Source of the DNA: Patescibacteria group bacterium
GTDB taxonomy: Bacteria; Patescibacteriota; Minisyncoccia; Phycocordibacterales; JBBUEZ01
DNA length: 37,575 nt
Direction of reading: 5' to 3'
Assembly (NCBI GenBank): GCA_038056715.1
Contig: JBBUEZ010000004.1
Location: 1 to 37,575 of the forward strand
The translations under genes and the position numbers were made by a program. Below, in pieces: positions 31,169 to 37,575 of the stretch; position 1 is the first letter of the stretch, and the number at the start of each line of letters is the position of its first letter. A model generated the notes under the pieces. The model searched no databases and was not told where the DNA came from. It was given only the letters and a program-made list of their open reading frames with translations.

Positions 31169-33133
31169 ATGACGCTCTCTTCTACAACACTATTTCTCGC
31201 TTTTTTGAAACAGACTTTGGTTGTTTTCGTTATTTTTGTTGCGGCGCTTGGGCCTTTTTCTGTTTCTTTTTTCGGAGAAAAAAGGTTTGCGGTATCAAAA
31301 ACATATGCCTATGACTGTGATGGATTAGAAGACACAGACACAAGCTTTGCGAAGAGTCTTTGCGAACAACGGCATGTGACGGAAGCTGCTGGCAATAATC
31401 CGGATCCGGTTAGTAATTATACCGTTGCTGGTGTTAAGCAAAAACCTATTGGAGGAGGACCCGATGAAGGAAGCCCTTTTATTTGCGGGTTTTCCAACTT
31501 AGGAGGCTGTGTCGGAAGTGTTATTTACTATGTTTTCTTCAAACCCGCCGAATATTTTATAGGGTTTGCGGGATGGTTTTTTGACATCATGGCGGCATTT
31601 ACATTGAGTCCCAAGGTGATAGACCAGCCGTTCGTGAGAGATACATGGGCGGCGGTGCGCGACATGGCGAACATGCTCTTCATTTTCGCGCTTCTTGCGA
31701 TTTCCATCGCGACCATTCTCCAGGTGGAGCAGTACAATGCGAAAAACATGCTCGCGAAATTGATTATTCTCGCCGTCGTCATCAATTTCAGCTTCTTCAT
31801 CTCGCGCGCCATTATTGACGCCGGAAATATCACCGCATTTTTCTTTTATAAAAATATCGAGGCCGTCGGCACAAATACCAATGTGAAAGGAGTGTCTGCG
31901 GTTGAGATAAAAAGTGTTTTTAAAGCGAAAGACGGGGGAAAAGAAGCATTCGGGTTTGAAGCGCGCGGAATTTCGGGCAAATTGATTAGCGCCGTAAAAC
32001 CGCAGTCCGCATTTTCAGAGAAAATAACAAAAGCGCTGGCGGTTTCCAGTCCGGGGACGCTCATTATATTTTACATAGGGGTTTCTATTTTCTTTTTCGT
32101 TGCGGGATGGGCGTTCTTCAGCATCGGGCTGTCGTTTTTGACGCGCGTTGTCGCATTGTGGATACTTATTATATTCTCTCCGCTTGCGTTTGCGGCAAGC
32201 GTATTGCCGTCCACGAGCAACTATGCCCGCCAGTGGTGGGAAGAAATTTTCAAAAAGTCGTTTTGTGTCGCCATTTTTCTCTTCTTTCTGTTTATTATAA
32301 GCCGATTCGTGGGAAGCGTTTTGATAACGACAACTTTTGCCGACCCGTCAAAAGCGACAAATGTTATCTACTTCCTTATTCTTTCCATGCTCTATTACAG
32401 CATGCTCCTCGTGCTTTTGAAGGTGGCGAAAGACACGACGCTCAAGTGGTGCGATGAAATGGGCGGGCACGCGCTCGGCATCGGGAAGAAAATCGCTGGG
32501 CTTGCCGGCGGAGCGCTTATGCTTGGCGCGGGGGGGCTCGCCACGCGGACATTGGGGGCAAATTGGTTTAAGGGGTTCGTAGAGAAAGAGAAGGGGTCGC
32601 GAATAGGACAATTTGTCCGTAAAAATTTGATACGAAGAGGGGTAGAGGGAGTTTCAAAAGCATCATTCGGCGCAACCGAGCCCTTTGGGAAACGTGTGGA
32701 AGGCGGATGGGCCGGAATTACCGGAAGAAAAGCGAGAACTGAAGCTAATTATGCCGATTGGCTGGCAAGCGGAAAGGGAGGAAAAGACAGATTGAAAAAA
32801 TACATCGCTACAGGCACTGCAAAATACGATGGTGTATTCGGTAAATTGATGACAACGGTAAATCCTTCTGCTGCCGGAGAGCACGCCGGAGTGCTTACAA
32901 GAGCGATAAAAGACCTCAAAAATAAGATGGTTCAACTTGATAAGGACATTAACAGAGCGGCGCAAAGCAACCCCGGCGGAGTCGCAGATCTTGTTAAGAA
33001 CGAAGTCAGCGTAAAAGAACAGTTGGCCGAGTATGAAAATAAGCTGTCGCAATTAGGATTCTCCGTGCCTGAAAAAGAAGTGAAAACCGGCGGCGCGGCG
33101 GGAAGCGGCGGAGCGGGAAGTAAGGGACCATAA
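31169..33133 (+). CDS. Polytopic membrane protein with coiled-coil tail; VirB6/TrbL/ConG-like by topology and position
   Basis: It has at least 7 hydrophobic segments, then a hydrophilic C-terminal region ending GGAAGSGGAGSKGP. The family assignment is an inference only. Confidence 0.55.
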   Translation: MTLSSTTLFLAFLKQTLVVFVIFVAALGPFSVSFFGEKRFAVSKTYAYDCDGLEDTDTSFAKSLCEQRHVTEAAGNNPDPVSNYTVAGVKQKPIGGGPDEGSPFICGFSNLGGCVGSVIYYVFFKPAEYFIGFAGWFFDIMAAFTLSPKVIDQPFVRDTWAAVRDMANMLFIFALLAISIATILQVEQYNAKNMLAKLIILAVVINFSFFISRAIIDAGNITAFFFYKNIEAVGTNTNVKGVSAVEIKSVFKAKDGGKEAFGFEARGISGKLISAVKPQSAFSEKITKALAVSSPGTLIIFYIGVSIFFFVAGWAFFSIGLSFLTRVVALWILIIFSPLAFAASVLPSTSNYARQWWEEIFKKSFCVAIFLFFLFIISRFVGSVLITTTFADPSKATNVIYFLILSMLYYSMLLVLLKVAKDTTLKWCDEMGGHALGIGKKIAGLAGGALMLGAGGLATRTLGANWFKGFVEKEKGSRIGQFVRKNLIRRGVEGVSKASFGATEPFGKRVEGGWAGITGRKARTEANYADWLASGKGGKDRLKKYIATGTAKYDGVFGKLMTTVNPSAAGEHAGVLTRAIKDLKNKMVQLDKDINRAAQSNPGGVADLVKNEVSVKEQLAEYENKLSQLGFSVPEKEVKTGGAAGSGGAGSKGP

Positions 33134-33156
33134 GACCATAATAAAACCATCACAAC

Positions 33157-33828
33157 ATGATTGACCGCCATCTTACGTCCGAGAAACTGGAGGAGCAATT
33201 TCTTTCTCTTCCGAAAGATATTCAAAACGCAATTACATCAAATGCGATTTTAGACGTGGTCGGCGAGATCGGAAAAAATCGAGGGCTGCATATTGATCAG
33301 ACGGGCGTTCTCGCGGAAGAGACGGCGCTTCTTATGCTGGGGGAAACGCGTTTGGACGGTTTCTCCTCGCGGATGGAAGAGTCGCTCGGAGTGCCTTCCA
33401 ATATCGCAAATGCAATTGTCCAAGACCTGAATGATAAAATATTTCTTCCGATTCGCGCGTCTCTCATGACGCTTCATGAAAAGAGAGCGACACCCCAAGC
33501 GCCGGAGGACATGCTTGCGACGAATATGACGCCGTTCTCGGATGATGCAAAGGAGGGGGGGCAAGAAGTAACGGGTAATCAGCAACTGGTAACTGGTGGG
33601 GGAGAAAAAATTCCGAAAAAAGAACCCATTACTGAACAATCAAGTCGCCCCATTCCCCCGTCAGCAAGTTATCCTGCCAAACAGTTGCCAGTCGGCCCTT
33701 CGCTTGTGGAGCAAAAACTCGCGAAGCCGTTTACGGCGCCTGCAAAGGAGGTAAAGAACGGTAACCAAACGGCGGCGCAATCGGCGCCAGCGACAAAAAT
33801 AGATCCATACAGGGAGTTAACTAAATAG
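33157..33828 (+). CDS. Soluble hypothetical protein with a Pro/Gln-rich C-terminal half
   Basis: The ORF is clean and in operon spacing (23 nt after the previous stop). Confidence 0.55.
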   Translation: MIDRHLTSEKLEEQFLSLPKDIQNAITSNAILDVVGEIGKNRGLHIDQTGVLAEETALLMLGETRLDGFSSRMEESLGVPSNIANAIVQDLNDKIFLPIRASLMTLHEKRATPQAPEDMLATNMTPFSDDAKEGGQEVTGNQQLVTGGGEKIPKKEPITEQSSRPIPPSASYPAKQLPVGPSLVEQKLAKPFTAPAKEVKNGNQTAAQSAPATKIDPYRELTK

Positions 33829-33869
33829 TAACTGGTAACTGGCAACCGGTAACTGGGTACTGGTAAAAC
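33828..33869. repeat. Six tandem heptamers (GTAACTG type)
   Basis: GTAACTG GTAACTG GCAACCG GTAACTG GGTACTG GTAAAAC. The inverted counterpart lies at 34249-34290. Confidence 0.85.
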
Positions 33870-34248
33870 ATGATTAAAAACTTTTACGATCTCACTGTAT
33901 GGGAAGAATCACATGATCTAAGTATTCGGATATATGAGGTAACAAAAAAGTTTCCTCCCGAGGAAAAGTTTGGTATCACGGGCCAACTGCGAAGAGCGTT
34001 TTCGTCCGTATCGGCAAACAGTGCGGAAGGTTTCGGCAAATTCCACTTTAAAGACAAGGTTAGATTTTACTACACTGCGCGTGGGTTTATACGAAACACA
34101 GAATTTTCTTCTTCTTTCACGCGGATTGGGTTATCTTAAAGGGGAGTCTACTGAAGAGTTACTCTCACAATTACTCTCACAATATGTTACTTTATGCAGA
34201 AGATTACATGTCTTTATCATGTCAACAAATGATAAACTGAATGAGTAA
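33870..34248 (+). pseudogene. Four-helix-bundle protein (23S rRNA intervening-sequence protein family), frameshifted
   Basis: Frame 1 reads MIKNFYDLTVWEESHDLSIRIYEVTKKFPPEEKFGITGQLRRAFSSVSANSAEGFG..YYTARG. The family continues (LYETQNFLLLSRGLGYL) in a second frame from about 34083. Confidence 0.7.
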
Positions 34249-34290
34249 CCATCTACCAGTTACTAGTCACCAGTTACCAGTTACTAACCT
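34249..34290. repeat. Tandem heptamers (CAGTTAC type), inverted with respect to 33828-33869
   Basis: CAGTTAC TAGTCAC CAGTTAC CAGTTAC. Confidence 0.85.
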
Positions 34291-34296
34291 AGAATC

Positions 34297-34704
34297 ATGC
34301 AATTTGAAGTCCCACAATTCATAGAGATAGAAGACAAAATTTTCGGACCGTTGACGTTCAAGCAGTTCGCGTATCTTGCCGGCGGCGCGGGACTTTCTTT
34401 TATTTTCTACACGCTCATTCCTTTTCCTTTCTCCGTTCTGTTTGTCATCCCGATCGCCGTTCTTTCGCTTGCCCTCGCATTTTACAAAGTGCACGGAAAG
34501 CCGTTCGTGGCTGTACTGGAATCCGCAATCCGTTTTACATTAAGCAATCGCCTGTATGTGTGGAAAAGAAAAGAGGCGTCTTCTGAAAAAAAAGATGCGC
34601 CTCCAGAAAAGGCGGCGGAAAGCGCTCTCTCTGTTCCCCGCCTCTCCGACAGCAAGTTAAAAGACCTCGCGTGGGGTTTGGACGTGCATAAGAATGTGCG
34701 GTAG
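34297..34704 (+). CDS. PrgI-family small membrane protein (VirB3-like T4SS component)
   Basis: It has the family-typical N-terminus VPQFIEIEDKIFGPLTFKQFAYL followed by two TM helices. Confidence 0.72.
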   Translation: MQFEVPQFIEIEDKIFGPLTFKQFAYLAGGAGLSFIFYTLIPFPFSVLFVIPIAVLSLALAFYKVHGKPFVAVLESAIRFTLSNRLYVWKRKEASSEKKDAPPEKAAESALSVPRLSDSKLKDLAWGLDVHKNVR

Positions 34705-34709
34705 AGAAA

Positions 34710-34793
34710 GTTAACGGGTGAATCGGTTAACCGGTTAATAAGTCGGAAAAGGAATATGAAACTAATTAACCGATTCACTGATTAACCAATCTG
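34710..34793. repeat. Inverted arrays of CGGTTAA / TTAACCG units
   Basis: GTGAATCGGTTAA (34718-34730) is the exact reverse complement of TTAACCGATTCAC (34766-34778). Additional GGTTAA copies flank both arms. Confidence 0.8.
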
Positions 34794-34808
34794 TTGTACA
34801 ATGCTTCT

Positions 34809-35441
34809 ATGGTTGCAAGCAAATCATCTCAAGATTTTGTTCCCGTCAAAGAGGTGCGCGATGGAGTTCTTATCTTAAAAGACGGATCTATACGCCGCAT
34901 TCTTATGGCGTCGTCCCTTAATTTCGCGCTCAAATCCGCGCCCGAGCAGGAATCCATCATTTATCAATTCCAAACATTTCTCAATTCCATAGATTTCTCG
35001 GTGCAGATATTCATACAATCGCGAAGGTACGATATCAGACCATACCTCGCAATTCTGGAAGAACGGGAGCGGGAGCAACTAAACGACCTCTTGAAAATAC
35101 AAACCCGCGAGTACATCAATTTCATACAAGAATTCATGGAAATGACGAATATCATGACAAAAAACTTTTTTGTCGTGGTGCCGTATGCCTCGGCGAAATC
35201 TACTCTTCGCGGCGGCGGTTTCCCGTTTTTTTCAAAGAGAAAAATGCCGGCTCGAGAGCGCCTGGAAGATTTTGAGGAAGAAAAAACGCAGTTGGATCAG
35301 CGCGCGTATGTCGTGCAGCAAGGGCTTGCGCGCTGCGGCGTCCGAACAGAGGGGTTGGGGACCGAGGAAGTCATTGAGCTTTTGTATCGCATGTTTAACC
35401 CGGGCGAGCAGGAAAAGCCGCTCGCGCCGAAACAACCATGA
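34809..35441 (+). CDS. VirB4-type N-terminal domain encoded as a separate polypeptide
   Basis: SQDFVPVKEVRDGVLILKDGSIRRILMASSLNF..E..I...F..FLNSIDFSVQIF resembles the N-terminus of VirB4/TrbE/PrgJ. TACAAT lies 6 nt before the ATG. The TGA overlaps the next ATG. Confidence 0.6.
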   Translation: MVASKSSQDFVPVKEVRDGVLILKDGSIRRILMASSLNFALKSAPEQESIIYQFQTFLNSIDFSVQIFIQSRRYDIRPYLAILEEREREQLNDLLKIQTREYINFIQEFMEMTNIMTKNFFVVVPYASAKSTLRGGGFPFFSKRKMPARERLEDFEEEKTQLDQRAYVVQQGLARCGVRTEGLGTEEVIELLYRMFNPGEQEKPLAPKQP

Positions 35442-37270
35442 ACACGCTCATGCACATGTTCGGAAAAAAGAAAGAGGAGCGCGCGGAGGCGATGCCGATA
35501 CTCCCCAAAGAAATATATGAGGCGGCCGCCCTTGAATTGAAAGATATCATCGCTCCGTCTGCGCTTGAAATACGCCCGCAATCAATTCACTTGGGCGATA
35601 AGATTGCGCGCACATTCTTCATCATGTCGTTTCCCCGCTCTCTTTCGGACAATTGGTTTTCCCCCATCATCAACCTTGACCGCGTGTTTGATGTCGCTAT
35701 CTACATTCATCCGATAGATACGGGGAAAATACTCCGCGATTTCCAGAAAAAAGTCGCGGAAGTGCAAAGCCAGATCTCTGCGCGGCAGAAGAAGGGGCTC
35801 GTGCGGGATCCGGTGCTTGACAGCGCATACCAGAACATTGAGGAGTTGCGGGATAAACTCCAGCAAGCGCAGGAGCGGCTTTTTGACGTGGGGATTTATA
35901 TCACGATTTATGCAAACGACGAGACCGAACTCGCCCGCGCGGAATCAGAAATAAAATCATTTCTGGAATCACGGCTCATTTATGTCCGCCCGTCTTTGTT
36001 TCAGCAGGAAGAAGGGTATAAGAGCGTCGTGCCGATGGCAACCGACCTTTTGGGCGTGCACTCAAAAATGAATTCAAGCCCTCTCTCCAGCGTGTTCCCG
36101 TTCGTGTCGTTTGACCTCACCTCGGACAAAGGCATTCTCTACGGTATCAATCGCCACAACTCAAGCTTGATTCTTTTTGACCGATTCAGCATGGAGAACT
36201 ACAATTCCGTGATTTTCGCAAAGTCGGGTTCTGGCAAATCATTTGCGACGAAGCTGGAAATACTACGCTCTCTTATGTTTGACATTGATGTGATTGTCAT
36301 AGACCCCGAACGCGAGTACGAATTCTTGGCGGAAGCAACCGGAGGGAGGTATTTCAACATTTCGCTTACCTCCGACCACCACATCAACCCGTTTGACCTG
36401 CCGGTCCCGCGCGAAGATGAGTCGCCCGCCGATGTCTTGCGTTCAAATATCATTACGCTGGTCGGCCTGTTTCGGCTTATGCTAGGCGGCCTCTCGCCGG
36501 AGGAAGATTCGCTCGTTGACCGCGCCATCACCGAAACATACGCCTTGAAAGACATTGGCGAAGGGTCTGATTTTTCCGCCGCGACTCCGCCCCTTATGTC
36601 CGACTTTGAGCTGGTGCTGCGGAGCATGGAGGGAAGCGATTCGCTCGTTGCGCGTCTTGCAAAATACACGAAAGGAACGTGGACCGGTTTCATCAACCAG
36701 CCGACGAACGTGGACATTAACAAAAAATTCGTCGTGTTCTCCGTGCGCGACATGCAGGACGAATTAAAATCAACGGCAATGTATATCGTGACGCACTTCA
36801 TCTGGAATGCAATCAGAAAAAATATCCGCAAGCGCCTCTTGGTCGTGGATGAGGCGTGGTGGATGATGAAATCCGAGGACACGGCGTCGTTTCTTTTTTC
36901 TTTGGCGAAACGGGGACGAAAATATTATTTGGGCCTCTGCACGGTTACGCAGGATGTCGGCGATTTTCTCAAATCCGATTACGGCGTGCCCATTATCACC
37001 AACTCGTCCATTCAGATTCTCTTGAAGCAGTCGCCGACAATCGTGGATCTCGTTCAGAAGACATTCGCGCTCACGGATGAGGAGCGGTTCTTGCTCCTGG
37101 AATCCGGAGTGGGGGAGGGCATTTTCTTCGCCGGCCAAAAACATGTTTCTATCAAGGTGATGGCTTCATATACGGAACAGCAGATTATTACATCCGATCC
37201 GTCCCAAGTGCTTGCTATCAAGCGCGCGAAAGAGGATTTGCGGAAGAGCGCACTTGCCGGTAATGCATGA
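35438..37270 (+). CDS. VirB4/TrbE/PrgJ-family T4SS ATPase
   Basis: Walker A is AKSGSGKSF, followed by IDPEREY. Walker B is LLVVDEAWWMM, and GRKYYLGLCTVTQ is also present. Confidence 0.85.
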   Translation: MNTLMHMFGKKKEERAEAMPILPKEIYEAAALELKDIIAPSALEIRPQSIHLGDKIARTFFIMSFPRSLSDNWFSPIINLDRVFDVAIYIHPIDTGKILRDFQKKVAEVQSQISARQKKGLVRDPVLDSAYQNIEELRDKLQQAQERLFDVGIYITIYANDETELARAESEIKSFLESRLIYVRPSLFQQEEGYKSVVPMATDLLGVHSKMNSSPLSSVFPFVSFDLTSDKGILYGINRHNSSLILFDRFSMENYNSVIFAKSGSGKSFATKLEILRSLMFDIDVIVIDPEREYEFLAEATGGRYFNISLTSDHHINPFDLPVPREDESPADVLRSNIITLVGLFRLMLGGLSPEEDSLVDRAITETYALKDIGEGSDFSAATPPLMSDFELVLRSMEGSDSLVARLAKYTKGTWTGFINQPTNVDINKKFVVFSVRDMQDELKSTAMYIVTHFIWNAIRKNIRKRLLVVDEAWWMMKSEDTASFLFSLAKRGRKYYLGLCTVTQDVGDFLKSDYGVPIITNSSIQILLKQSPTIVDLVQKTFALTDEERFLLLESGVGEGIFFAGQKHVSIKVMASYTEQQIITSDPSQVLAIKRAKEDLRKSALAGNA

Positions 37271-37298
37271 GGGCTTTGCGTGAGTTATAATACAAACA

Positions 37299-37575
37299 AT
37301 GAAGCATTCTTCGCATGTACCCATCTTTTTAGCCGGAATTTTTTTCTTGGGAAGCGCTCTTATTCCGTCAATTACATCCGCGCAGTGGTTTCCGTATGAG
37401 GGCGGCTATTGCAGATTGACCGAGGACCCTAATGTGAATTTTTGCGTGTTTGACCCGAGTCTCTATGCACAGTTCGGGATTGTGCCCTCGGCAATCGGTG
37501 GCACGCCACCTCCGCAGACAGGCACGCCACCTCCGCAGACAGGCACGCCACCTCCGCAGACAGGCACGCCACCTC
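37299..37575 (+). CDS. Secreted protein with Pro/Thr-rich tandem repeats (partial; runs off the window)
   Basis: The signal peptide is MKHSSHVPIFLAGIFFLGSALIPSITSAQ. TATAAT lies 7 nt before the ATG. Confidence 0.6.
   Translation, partial: MKHSSHVPIFLAGIFFLGSALIPSITSAQWFPYEGGYCRLTEDPNVNFCVFDPSLYAQFGIVPSAIGGTPPPQTGTPPPQTGTPPPQTGTPP
37500..37575 (+). repeat. 21-bp perfect tandem repeat (at least 3.6 copies), encoding GTPPPQT
   Basis: GGCACGCCACCTCCGCAGACA repeats from 37500 to the window end. Confidence 0.9.

Noticed and set aside
1-37575. Alternative genetic code (UGA sense, as in some CPR lineages).
   Set aside because: TGA terminates several well-delimited genes: hicB, the 53-aa ORF and the VirB4 N-domain ORF, with coupled ATGA restarts. 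Conserved proteins translate full length under code 11.

Overview
This 37.6-kb window reads like a chromosome segment from a small-genome Patescibacteria/CPR (Parcubacteria-like) bacterium; the taxonomy is an inference from gene content. It uses the standard code: TGA is a stop at well-defined gene ends. The minus strand carries five tRNA genes (Gly-UCC, Pro-UGG, Gly-GCC, Arg-CCG, Arg-UCG) and an orphan tRNA 3' fragment. Housekeeping genes are a trypsin-like protease, yraN, cca, xth, rpsO, an NYN protein, an SGNH hydrolase, pnp, a DksA/TraR zinc finger, comM/yifB, a LysM-M23 peptidase, a UvrD/PcrA helicase, rsmA, a DUF192 protein and a XerC/D-like recombinase. An AT-rich accessory stretch directly after cca (about 5.7-9.0 kb) is cut into segments by reiterated copies of the cca 3' end. 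It holds a membrane-anchored PD-(D/E)xK protein, a decaying hicBA module, an unknown 121-aa protein and a TrmB-like regulator. Next comes a GC-rich block with a candidate structured RNA of about 400 nt that has its own promoter and terminator. The window also contains a RelE/RHH toxin-antitoxin pair and a RayT-like Y1 transposase with REP-like hairpins. The last 10 kb is a Gram-positive-style type IV secretion-like locus: a split VirB4 ATPase, PrgI, a VirB6/TrbL-like polytopic protein, TSP3/IPT surface proteins and several unknown secreted proteins. This locus is my best candidate for an uncharacterised system. Recurrent sequence-level oddities are: a CACGTG-core palindrome cluster in and around yraN; gene 3' ends reiterated downstream of their own stop codons; inverted arrays of tandem heptamers after stop codons; and a -10 box placed 6-7 nt before the ATG (leaderless-type) for core genes, versus strong Shine-Dalgarno sites in the accessory segments. 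All calls come from reading the sequence; no database search was run.
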